DNA from: Balanoglossus misakiensis
Taxonomy: Eukaryota > Animalia > Hemichordata
NCBI GenBank assembly: GCA_040954595.2
Contig: CM082591.2
Location: 6,807,947 to 6,871,946, forward strand
Direction of reading: 5' to 3'
Length of the DNA stretch: 64,000 nt
Shown here: positions 1-12,200 of the stretch, piece by piece
Layout: every line of letters begins with the position of its first letter
Position numbering within the stretch: position 1 is the stretch's first letter
Translations under genes and position numbers: made by a program
The notes under the pieces: model-generated
Databases searched by the model: none
Told to the model about the DNA's origin: nothing
Seen by the model: only the letters and a program-made list of their open reading frames with translations

Positions 1-579
1 CGAATGTGATTTCAAAACTATCTGAGATGAATGTGGAATTTGGAAAGACTTGTTTCAGCATGGCTTATTATGCTTCAGATACTGAAATTTGAAATTACAA
101 CGTACTGTATACAAAAGATATGTTAGTGGAGTTGTTATGACCGTCCGGCAAAGTTAATAAGTGTGACCAAAATACGCGACATAATAAACAACCCATTGCA
201 TAAAAAAACATTCAACGTGTATAAGGTTCACTGCTATATGTTCATAACATCATAAGCTTGGATATGGCCAATAAGTATTTTTCGGCGAATAAAATTTGAT
301 GTTATCTTCGGAGCATTTATTTTCGGTTTTACAATGACCTCATAGCAGGGAGTTCGACAAACCGTAGTTTCGGATTAAAACAGACCGACAAAACAACTTT
401 GAGGCCAATTTTGGATGCGATTAATTTATATCAGAACGCGTGACATGTACTATATACACGTTAAACCTCTACAACATGGGTGAATGTGACGTCTAACTAT
501 CGTTCTCTGCCTCTGTCTGTCTCCCTGACTGACTCTATGTCTAATTTTATATGTCTACCCAACATGTTGTATGTATGCT

Positions 580-822
580 TTAAAGTGAAGGGGTCGTCGC
601 GCCGCGTTTGTTAGTTTATAAACATTACAATTCATCCACAAATCCCTGAAATTAGATCATTCTTAGAATGAACCAATCAGCCAACTGTAGTGTAGACTGG
701 GCATGGCAGCAACTGAAGATCCTAGTAGGTCGTGACGACTGCAGTGAGGTTTGTGCTGATATGGGAGGACATATTCTCATCAAGGGGGACACCCACGCTG
801 CGCGACGACCCATTCCCTTTAA
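580..822. mobile_element. TTAA-flanked MITE, Kolobok-like
   Basis: TTAA at both ends; imperfect TIRs ttaaagtgaaggggtcgtcgcg ... cgcgacgacccattccctttaa. Superfamily inferred from TTAA plus purine-starting termini. Confidence 0.55.
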
Positions 823-2166
823 TATCTAGGCCCTATATTAAACTGAATGCTTGTGCCACGCTATTCAGACTGACCTATACTACAACATAAGCGAGTCGGT
901 CGTATCAGAGTCTTTGAATAGGGAAAGCTGAAGATACCGCGCATACAATCTCCCAAAGACTCTGAATTCGCAATCGGATCTCCTCGGGGCATTTCCCGCT
1001 TTTTTGAGAGTCACCAAGGTAACCAGCTAGCCCCAGGCCCCACCTTATCAGTCCATTATCACGATTAAAACGCACATACCTGCTTTTCGGAAAGATTTTT
1101 TCTCCCTCTGTTTCGGATTTTTGCTATCAAGGCCATTCAGCGTTCATCTTGTGTGCGTGACGAACAGTCTGTGTAAGCTGGCGGGGATTACGACAGAACG
1201 AATCCACATCCAGATAATGACAACCCTTTGGGATATAGAATCACTAGCTATCATTAAAAGATAACGCCCTCATCGGTAAAAAGAGTCACAAAAGGGAGTA
1301 CACACAGGCGATTTCTACTTTCTGTAATGATTACGCTTCTATCAATTTTCCATCCTTATAATTTATATTTCCAACAAGTACCCAGGCAAAATATCTCAAT
1401 AATTCATGCATAGAGGATTTCTCATGCGGTGATATCGATGCGAAAGGCGCGTTCGAACACGCTTTACCAAGCTATGATTAAGTCATTCCCCAGATATGCC
1501 ATTGAAAATTGACATGTTGTACACGGTTACGAAATACACACCTGGGCATCAGGTATAGGTTTTTTTCCGAGTTCTCCGATTATATATTTGGGGCGTAAGT
1601 GATTATCTGACCGATCCTAATGAATATAGGTCTTGACGGCCTCTCTTTCTCTCTCACTCTTTCTTTCTTTCTGTCTGTCTGTCTGTCTGGCCTCCCTCCC
1701 CTCTCTCTTTCTCAACTTTTCTCTCATTTTTCGACATAAATTCTAGGAGCTTTTATCCGAAATTAACTTTGACAATTTCGTATAATTGAAGTTAAAATAC
1801 AACGCGAAGTGAGACGGAGAGGTGTTAGCAGGAGAGAACCGAAATACTGTCTTCAGATATAGTGTTAAATGCGAAGTCAAAACAAGTTGCCGATAAACAC
1901 AGGGAGAGATTAAATTTTACATCACGTCAAAGATTTGTAAAAATCCGCAACCTACCTTGCGCACACCGCACTGACGGAAATATGGATGTCACCGTGTACT
2001 GGCGTTGCTTTTGTCTCACAAAAGGACGCCCTCTCACGGTTGCCCTTTGTCACGTGAGTGATAAAATCTTCTTGACGCATGCTCATGATCATGTTGCTCA
2101 AGAATGTAGTCACCAGAACTAATGAACGACGCAGCAAGAACTCCATCAACGAGAACACAAGCCTTT

Positions 2167-3344
2167 TAGTGCAGGAGCTAAACCCCAAATTTTGGCATAA
2201 TTGTGCACTTTGGGTTAAAAGCATGAAACTTGGTACACTTATGCATTGACCCATGGCGGCCATTTTCTGATATGGATCCAAAATGACAGCGCCCTCTAGT
2301 GGCCAGAAACAGACATTCTTACTTTAAAATTGTGCACTTCGGGTTAAAAGCATGAAATTTGGTACAATTATTCATTGACCAATGGCGGACATTTTCCAAT
2401 ATGGATCCAAAATGACAGCGCCCTCTAGTGGCTAGAAACTGACATTTACACTTTTCCCCCCCATTAATGACACTGTTTGGGCAAGTTTAACACTCAGAGA
2501 CAGGAATGTGGGTTGTAAAACATGCTTGCTGCCATACATCCCTTTGAATATTATCCTAATACTGATGTACATGTATCAGATCAATCTTGTATGTTACTAA
2601 TTGAACGATTTGTTCTTCGAAATAACAGAACCAGTTGACTACACAAAGTCATGCAAAGGGGTAAGACAACACCTCTTCTCCAGAAAGTCAAGGGTTCTTG
2701 AGAATTTTCCTTCTTCACATGTAGCTCTTAAAGAACATGTGCTATGAGAAACCTTTACAAAGCTATATCAAACCAATAGAATCCCAGTGGAAATCAAGTT
2801 GGACAACTCTTAGTCAAGCCCGAGAAAAGAGTCAACCTCAGGAAATCAGTTGCCAAAAGTCATGCACATGTTTCTGTAGGTGCTTTAGGTCTAGTCTGAC
2901 AGCAGTGGTCATTGTTACTGTGAAGGAAGATGTCATCAAGATTGATCTGATACATGTATATCAGGATTAGGATAATATACACATGAATCTATGGTAGCAA
3001 GCATGTTTTACAACCCACATTCCTGTTTCAAGTGTTACAAATGACCAAAAAGTGCCATTATTGGGGGGAAAGTGTGAATGTCAGTTTCTGGCCACAAGAG
3101 GGCGCTGTCAGTTTGGATCCATATCATAAAATGGCCGCCATGGGTCAATGCATAAGTGTACCAAGTTTCAGGCTTTTAACCCGAAGTGCACGGTTTTTAG
3201 TATGAATGTCTGTTTTTGGCCTCTAGAGGGCGCTGTCATTTTGGATCCATATCAAAAAATGACCGCCATGGGTCAATGCATAAGTGTACCAAGTTTCATG
3301 CTTTTAACCCAAAGTGCACGATTTTTTGGTTAACTGCCCCACTA
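2167..3344. mobile_element. Non-autonomous Academ-like DNA transposon with ~420-bp TIRs
   Basis: Termini TAGTG...CACTA with TTT on both flanks (3-bp TSD). About 2167-2590 is the reverse complement of about 2938-3344. Each TIR holds two ~117-bp tandem subunits (aaagcatgaaacttggtaca...gacagcgccctctagtgg). No transposase ORF. Confidence 0.7.
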
Positions 3345-3345
3345 T

Positions 3346-3438
3346 TTAACCCTTTCGCCCCCAGTCCCCTCTATAGAGGTCCAACTTTACCATAGAAAAG
3401 AATTTATTTGGACCAAACCATGTTGGTGAATAGGTTAA
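3346..3438. mobile_element. ~90-bp piggyBac-like MITE (other copies ~16840-16950, 17500-17592, 56241-56334, partial ~60912-60960)
   Basis: TTAA-CCCTT ... GG-TTAA ends; shared core ccatggttcagtccaaacccattgttttctatggtaaggttggacc recurs in the window. Confidence 0.65.
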
Positions 3439-3939
3439 AGGATCTTTAACGAAACTGGTATTGTTTATTGTTCTGTAAGCTTGTCGTTACTGATGTTACC
3501 GCTGTTCGACAACAAAGATATTCACATCCACACTTCTGCGTAGGTGCGGGGTCTACTCCAGCCTTATGTCATAAAACACAAAAGAGGGTCCATGTTATTG
3601 CTAGGCGGAAATTAAATAAACGCGCCACCTTGTAATTCGTTTAAATTTGGTGGTGACATCCAACTTATAGCCCATAATGTTTGTCCATTCACAAGGGACA
3701 TTTTTCATCAGAACTGTAACTGTGAAGTATCGCTTACGATTTTTATGAGATTGGGCTAAGAACAATAGGTGTTGTGACAGGTCCCTCGTGATACGTTTCG
3801 CTCCTTTGTTATGCTGTAAATGAAATCAGTATAATTAATTCTGTATAAATGCGAGAGAATAAGTTGGTAGATACTAGTAGATGGTAACTGATAGGGTAGA
3901 GAGAGAGACGGACATACATCGGAAACACTTCAACACGTA

Positions 3940-4105
3940 GTCTTGGCCGAGGCGGTCTGGCCAAGGCACAGGCGAAGTATGCGTCCGTCACGATACATCT
4001 TATCATGACGATGGTTGTTGTTTCTTTATTTTTTGTTTCTTTTTTGTTTGTTTATCGTGACGGACTCCCACTTCGCCTGTGGCCAAGGGTCTGGTCTTGG
4101 CCACT
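3940..4105. repeat. Degenerate inverted repeat, likely MITE relic
   Basis: acaggcgaagtatgcgtccgtcacgata is the imperfect reverse complement of tatcgtgacggactcccacttcgcctgt. Confidence 0.5.
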
Positions 4106-4738
4106 TTAGGCAGTTAAGTCGAGGCACTCCAACTCGACACGTTGTCGTCCTGGTGCACAGTTTTTCACCTTTTCCCGAGAGATATGACACTTACATATTT
4201 ACTTGTCCTCTCCGTTCGTCAAGTAGGCCTAAAAACATTTACAGCCAACAGTACAGAAGCAACCCCTATGGTGGCCATTTTTATATGTTTCTCCTAAACT
4301 GTTGAACACACTGCTACTGGTCATCAGAGAATCTACAAACCTAGAAACTTCCAAAAGTAAACTGAAACACACACATGCGCATAACATTTAGTGTGCGTCA
4401 TAGAGCAACAGGGTGTTTTGGATTTTGGCGCTGTGTAAAGTTTGTTTATTGATTGATTGTTTGATTGATTGACTCGGTGTACGTAGACGAAAACAGGAAA
4501 GTTAATGACTCTTAGAGTGTTCAGATCTGCAGAGACGGCTTCAATAAATAATGATAGATGGGGTCGCCAACCGAGGTTATCACACCAATGTACACCTATA
4601 ATTGTTGACAAGGGGCGGCTTCAAGTAATTATAAGTGTAACTAGGTTAATGCAGTCTGACCTTCACGAACTTTGCTGATCCCGACACGTCCTTGAAACAT
4701 TGCTTGTCCTGCTCTGGGACATGATGGCCGTGAGAAAT

Positions 4739-5087
4739 TTTAAAGGGGCATTAGCCTACCTTCTGGCTTTAGTGTCAGTATATTTGGTCTGTGTACCATA
4801 TGCACCTCTTTTTCTGCTCTTTTACAGCATGCAAATATACCCAGCATTCCGCTTGTCAACATAGCCTGTATGTGACGGTCATTGTTGACAAATGAATTCT
4901 AGCCTGGACTAGAATACAAATTTTGCACAATAACAATGCTGACTATTTACATATAGGTTATGTTAAATAAACCGAGAGGACACTGGGCATTCCATTATGT
5001 CTCAAGGAGTTGAACAGGAAATTGCAGTAGATACACAAAACAGGCATACTGAAAACATAGCGAAAAGTTACATCTAATAGAGCTTAA
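4739..5087. mobile_element. TTAA-flanked ~350-bp MITE, Kolobok-like (copies 20760-21114, 34229-34584, partial ~17000-17200)
   Basis: ttaaaggggcattagc ... ctaatagagcttaa; homologous internal sequence at the listed positions, in either orientation. Confidence 0.6.
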
Positions 5088-5830
5088 ATGTCGACAGACA
5101 GAGAAGCTGCAAAGCGCAAGAAGGAAAAAATTGGCCAACAATTATTGGCGTCAATAACGGCAATGAGGACGGGACTACAATAATCAACCGTTTTATACGT
5201 TTTTGCGAAAGATCAGTATCGCCCGCTGTAAAGCTGCTGACATAGACCAACGTGAAGGCAACCAGTTGAGACAGGATTCATAAACACTCATGTAGACAGC
5301 AAGCTTCTGGGAATGATTAGTATTATGTAATTATGTTATGCACAGCTGATCCTTTATCATACAGGTATAAGCTTATTGCCTGTTGCCATGTTCTCATGTT
5401 CTCATAACGGATTATTCATCAATAATACTGAAAATATATTTTGGCGTTCACAGAGTGACCATTAAGATGTTTCTGAAATGTCCCCGGTCAAATACTGACA
5501 TAAATGATTATGCGTGGACGGTTAAGTGGTCCCAAAACGTTTAAGATTTGAGACAGATTTGCCGGCCAGACCTGAACCAGTGTAAAGGATTAACACCTTT
5601 TCCGCAAGACGGAAACGCTGGAGCTGAGCGTCAGGGTGTATGTTTTAATTTTGAGTGTGTGGACACAAAACGACTTGAAAGTTTAATCATCTGTGTTTAC
5701 AAAAGGCAAATAGTGTCACTGAATTGTTTCTATTTTTACTAGGTATATGACATGAGACCATTCAGAATGTTTACCAATCTCATCGACCGCATTCGCGCAC
5801 GTGATCTCTGGTCGACACTCGACAGGCACA

Positions 5831-6291
5831 ATTGCTTCAAGGAAGTGTTACCTTGGCGATGAAAAGAAAAAATGGCATAAGTACTTTTCCTCAAGAACAT
5901 ATTCGTTGTTGTTATTCTTTGTCAACCAATATTAAACGTTAACCCCTGGATGTGATCCAAAGAATATAAAAATACCTCGGTGAGTAAAACCAATATAAAT
6001 CGGCTGTTTCTTATGACAGACATTCATCATTACACTTGCTTACAACATGAAAATACAGCCAGACATGATTGCTTCAAGGAAGTGTTACTTTGACGATGAA
6101 AAGAAAAATTGGCCTAAACGCTTTTCCTCAAGAACCATTTTCTTGTTGCCCGCCATTATCACCCGTTAACCCTTGGATCTGATCCAAAAAAGATAAACGT
6201 ACCTGGGCGTGATAGAACCCTATATAAATCCGCTGTTTTTCACAACAGACGTTCATTTTACACTTGCCCACAAGATGAAAGTACATCCAGA
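5831..6291 (+). promoter_or_regulatory. Tandemly duplicated core promoter of the CILP-like gene (TATA boxes at 5994 and 6223)
   Basis: About 5831-6064 and 6068-6291 align. Each copy has TATAAAT about 52 nt upstream of ATGAAA(A/G)TACA(G/T)CCAGA. Confidence 0.7.
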
Positions 6292-9200
6292 GTCTGAAAT
6301 GGACTATTTCGAGACCGTCCCTGAAAGCTCACCAAAGACACCGCCAAATCAACTGGTAAAGAAAGTTGTGATTGCTGTCGCTGTGGTCACATCCTTGGCT
6401 GTGGTGTCTGTCATCATTAGCACTGTGTATCTGTTGCTCTACAGACAAGAAGGTAAAAAACTTCGTTTCATGTGTTGACAATTTTTGATAAGACTACAAC
6501 ACTGAGCTGGAGCATTAGCTTAGCAATTGTAATGTTCAGAAAACTGCTTAGAATTCCTCTGTTAAATGCCTTAAAATGACTCCGCGTGTGTTACCTGTAT
6601 GCATTTGGTCAAATTCATCTCCGAGTTATCGAAGACGACTCAGAAACTCCCGCAAAAAAAGCATATTTCCAAAATGCTGAATATTATGTGGTTAGTTTAG
6701 TCAAGACAGCAAACTGTACACGTTTTAAGTTTTAAAAAATATGTTGTTGTACTAAGTTATTCAAATGAACGTAACTTTGAAATTAGACGTCACTTTCTAA
6801 AAGTTAATATCTCAGTAGAAACAAGAGCATACATAAAGACGCGAACATTTCGTTTAACTTTATACCTACTCTCGTTCAACTTGAAATACGAGGTTCTGAA
6901 ATTATTGACAATCGCAGTCAACTTCGTATATTTCTTCTTTGACGAATTTATCGGCAAAAATATTTGAAATCTGCAGAGTTGTATGCTAATTTGCATGAAA
7001 AATAACGCCTTTTGGATATGTCAACATTTGTTGAAAGAAAGATTTTTCATGGTCGATTATATGTTTCACGAAGCCGCGCTTCCTGTACTAGGTGTCAACA
7101 TGAGACAAAACCAACTTGTCTCAATGTGTGAAATTTTGCGCAAATAGCCCTGAATTAAACTACAGTGCTACCCGAAATTCAAAACACACAGAATTCCATT
7201 CACATTTGTAAGTTTTCGTGATTAGTCTGTTTTCATATTTCAGGTACTGACCAAGCGATATCACATGCCTCAACGACCGCAGTCAATTCAGTATTAACGA
7301 CACAGAGAAGCCAAATCAGACCACCATATGTAAAAGGTGTGTATGGATAGATTTGTTCTCCGTACCCTAATCAATTGGGTATTTTCGTCTGAAGTGCACG
7401 TGCGAGTTTTTTTTGTTTGTAATGTACCGTTAGCATTGTTTCCACTGTTTTGGGAGACCATGTCAACCAATTAATGTTATATCAAAGCAACTTCGAATTG
7501 TGATGAAAAACAGTGACGCATTGTTTGTCGCGATATGTAGTCTAACAAAGTAACAGCCACACCCACCCACGGGGGGGGGGGGGATTGGCAGGTTTTCCAA
7601 TACAGCATTTACTGGGTTAATGTACATGTGTTATGAACCATGGGGAATAGGCACAATGCCAAACTTCCAACCAATGTGGTGTGGGAGATATAGTTTTGCA
7701 ATAGATGTCTCTGCTGGCCAAGCATTGTTTATCAACTGACGACAGGGATTTATTCAGGGAGAGTAGACAAATATAAATATGATAGACACTATGATAGACA
7801 CATTTTTTGTTGTCTACCTGCTTTTTTCTGCTTCTGTATGATTCTAACCCTCCTCGCGCTGACTTGACTATACTTGCGTATAGTCATTATACGCGCGATA
7901 AAATGTGCCCTCTTTTGGTGTATTTATGCTACCGCATGACCTCCTAATCTAAGTTGTCATAATGACAGGGGGTGGACAGCTGAGTGCAATGTGAACCTCG
8001 CGGTGCCTGGTACATCATGAATATTCATATATTCAGGTGGGCATGTTATTGCATAAGCATCTGTGTCACTACAGATAACAAGCATGTACATGTACCTTCA
8101 CCTTGCAGTACTGGGAGCTGCTACGCATTACAATAAATAATATATGGCGGAGTTCCGATCTGCATTTTTCTCAATAAACACTACTTGCTGAACAATCTCT
8201 TGGCCCTGCTAATCTGCTATTCCAGAAAACAGTCGTTACTGGTATACCCAGTAACGACTGATAGATATTTACTTTATCAACTTAATTCGTGGAGGTGCTT
8301 CGTGGGAAATTCGATGGCTTGTGTTCCGGGACTACGGGTAACACAGTAACATAAACAAATACATGTACAGAGATTGTTCAGCAAGTAATGTTTATTGAAA
8401 AAAAATGCAGATCGGAACTCCGCCATTTATTACTCATTGTAATATTGACAGCTCCCTGTGCTTGCAGTGTCTGTGAGAGTCTCCCATAAAGTTTAAGTGG
8501 AAATAGCCACGGAGAAGTATGTACATATACTTTGCACTATAATCTTATGGTAGTAACTGTCTACGCTGTCTCGTTACAAGCACAGACAAAGAGAAAAAAC
8601 AGATGTCTTGTCCACCTCGGCAAACAACGGCAAACAATAGGCTTCAAATGTGTCAAATGTGTTAGACACTGTGGAGACTTCCCAGAATACTTTGCGGTTG
8701 CGTCATTATCGACAGCTGCAGTACCTTGCCTGACACAGCTTTGCACTCAGGACTCGACTGAAACACTACTTCACGACGACCACGATTTACACTTGATTTA
8801 CACGTTAGAAGTAGAATTTGCATCTACAACCCATGCAGGTTTACAGAACACGATTCGGCGAACAGGAATCCATTCCAAAAAATCGAGATTGATGATTAAA
8901 CCTTTTCAAATTTACGATCGACCACACTTATTATATATTCATATTTTTTTATTGAAATGGTCAAACTCACCTCTCCGATACTCAAACTTCCTCAAATTTT
9001 CGCTGTCCACTCGCCTCCGTCTACAGCTGATTGATAACAACAACACGAACTTTCATGAAAACACTTTCGTTTTATTATCGGGAAAATTCCGGACATTGCC
9101 GAATGGGATACGTTCGGGAATCTTCGGGCAAGCCGTACCTCGAAGGCGACAGCCGAGTCACACACAGGGAATTAGGGCATGTACTTAACACCTTTTGACA

Positions 9201-12200
9201 ATAGCGTTGCGAGTCTGTCTTTTCTCTTTGTCTGTGGCTGGACTGAACTTCCCCTTTAAATTGGCGATGTCCGATCCATTTTATATCATTCACATGTCTC
9301 CGTTCGCGCCCTCCCTGCCGTCGGGCGCTTCCGCCGTACAACCTCCTCAGATTAACCAGTTCTTGTCATTCGAATATAGAACATGTGTACCATTGCTAAT
9401 CGAAATCGCATCAGCCGTTCTTGAGTTACACACACACACAGAAATGGTGACGACATTACTGATTACTTCGTTATTACGCGAGGTAAAAATGAAGTAGGGT
9501 ACAGTAGAATGAAAATGGTGTGCTATTTAATGCGTCAGTGAGAGAGAAAGAGTGATGTGTGTACAATTTTCTTTTGCCAAATTGTGGTCACAGGGCAGAG
9601 TTGTTATGTTGGATATTGTTTTATTTCTCTTTGTTTGTTTGTTTGAATATTCTGCCAGTACCTACATTGACTGAATATTATATTTTGCAGGTGACGCTGG
9701 ATGGGTGACATGGGGTTCATGGTCAGCATGTGATGCAACTTGTGGAGGCGGAATCCAAACTCGTTCCCGTGAATGTTATTCTGTGGATGAAACAATGACA
9801 TGCGTTGGAAGCCCGGTACAGACAAAGTCATGTGGTGAATGGAATTGTCCTGGTAAGTTAATGGTTCGTCGACAAATGCATGCTGGACGAATATGTATTT
9901 GTGTCATTTCAGTGATGTAGCAGAGATGTACCATAGACACCATTGGATAGAAATTATTACATTGTGTATCTTTCTAAAGGCATAAATTTAGACCGGGTGG
10001 TATATTTTGAAACCAACCAATTTGATTGGAATTTATGTCAAATTGGCTAATTGTTACATTGAGATACATATACTTCTTTCCCCCACGCATAGAGCTGTGC
10101 TTTGCTATCAAAATATATTTTGGAGACTGCATACAAAAATGTGTCAACTATCTGTAGAACAAACCGTTCTAATTACAAACACCTTGAATAGTTTATAACC
10201 ATCTATGCGAATTCATTGACAAATTGTGGTCCCTGGATATCCCGTTACTATTGGCAGATTGTTCGAATACTTGTGACACTGGTGAACTGGATGACGAGTG
10301 TTTGTTTTGCATTTGTGAAGACGATGTAGTGGAAGGTTATGTCAGGGACGTCTTTGGTGCACCTATAAGTGACGCTGACATCTACAGAGCGGAACTTCCG
10401 ATCAACGCAGTCGGACAGTCAGACAGCCAGGGCTACTTTATACTGAAAAGCGTATGTGCAAGTTACTATTCACTCCTAGTGAGAAATGATGAGTTTCTTG
10501 CAAAGGAGGTGAATGACGTTATCGGAAGAAGGAAGCGTGCCGTGAGAAATGTAACGTTGGATATTAGAATGGAAAAACTCGGTAAGTGTTAAAGTACACT
10601 GTCACATATGCAAATTTAGCCACGGTTACCATGACAACTTGAGATGTGGTCAATGCGATGTTCATGAGTTGGCCACTATGGATAATTAGAGGTAGTTTTA
10701 TACCTTTCAAGGGTTTTTAAGTCTTGAAAAGTTATGAAGAATTTTGCCTTTAATGTCAGGTGACAAACTATGTAGTTTGTTTGCATTTCAGCACCTCCTG
10801 TGATAACCCGACATCCCCAGTCTAAGGTTCGACGAGTTGGAGAGAGTGTTACATTTTGCTGTGAAGCCAGTGGTACACCTACCCCAAATCAATATGAATG
10901 GTAAGACCCAGACAGAATAAAACATTTGCTTATATAATTTGTCTGTAATGGTAGGAATGATTTTATATTCAATCCAGTCGTCTCCAAACTGCACGATCGC
11001 ACAATGGACCATTTTCTTAACTCCACGAGACCGTGCGAGATCTCGCAACATAAAGGAGGACATTTCCATGTCACACATGACAAACAGCACTCTGTGCTCT
11101 CATCTAAGCCGGGTGGTTTGCTTTGTGTTCTTCCCAACTTCGAGGATAATTTTATTTTAGCCGAGTTAAAATAATACATGTTACTGGGGGCAAGTATGTT
11201 TGACAAAATTGTCTTCTTTAACGTGTGGGTTTTTTCGCCGAGTATTTTCATTAACTGATGCCAAACGTACACGACATCATGAAATGCCTGCTTATCGCCG
11301 TGACATTATTCCAATATTGAATATAAAACTTTGAATTCCACGTAGAATGTGCAACATAGTTACTATTTTAAGGTATTACGCACCTTAGAAACAAATTCTA
11401 AACTTGCCCAATATTCCGCCCAAAGCAACTTTATATAATTATTCATCATTTTTGGAATAAAAAAGGTTGAGAACGGTTCACAGAAAACAAGGAATTTGAT
11501 TAATGTCAATGTAATTTCATACAATTCTGTAGATGTATACGATAATTCTAGATATGTTCACCATGAAGAAGTTTAAAACGGGCGTCAATATCAATATGAT
11601 TTTTTTTCACTCATTGCCAATACCACTGCCGATAGATAATAGTTTAATATGAGTCTCTCTCTTAATTTTTTCCACCTATCAAGGTTCAAGGATAATGATG
11701 TGCTGGATGGCTATGAGGGAAACAGCTTAACATTAGATGCGCTGCAGATATCTGACGCTGGTTCCTATAAATGCAGATCGAACAGTGAAGCCGGCGCTCA
11801 ATACTCAGAACAGGCTACCTTGACCTTATATGGTAAATTTTTGCATCTAACTTTCTTGCATCCTTGCGTTGATATAGTTTATGTATGTATTAATACAATG
11901 CACTGACTATATCGTGGTGGACAGATTTATTTACTGATCGAAAGTTAATCACGACTACTTTTTTTGTCGGAGAAGTTAAAATGCTGATAAATTCACGACG
12001 CTTCATGATTAATGTTTAGTGCAGCAACAACACTTCCGCGTGAAATGCGGAGTTTCTCGTTTATTTCTGGCATCTTGTTAGCCCTACAATGTATATGTAT
12101 CATAACTGATTGAAAATTACCTAAACATTCCTTTTTAGAAACAACCGACACTTGGTGTGCATCTGATCCTCTTCGACACTTGCTCAAACTACCGTCGGAA

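Noticed and set aside
1075-2100. Minus-strand 5' exons of a gene leaving the window (donor-like sites near 1080 and 1956)
   Set aside because: Only isolated donor-like motifs, with no coding evidence or matching acceptors identified.
2167-3344. CACTA/EnSpm classification
   Set aside because: The termini are TAGTG...CACTA, the opposite orientation to CACTA elements.
8532-9188. 218-aa ORF with KRKNRCLVH..FKCVKCVRHC resembling a piggyBac cysteine-rich domain
   Set aside because: It has a non-ATG start, incomplete ligand spacing and no DDD domain nearby, and part of it is an inverted repeat of ~9213-9236.
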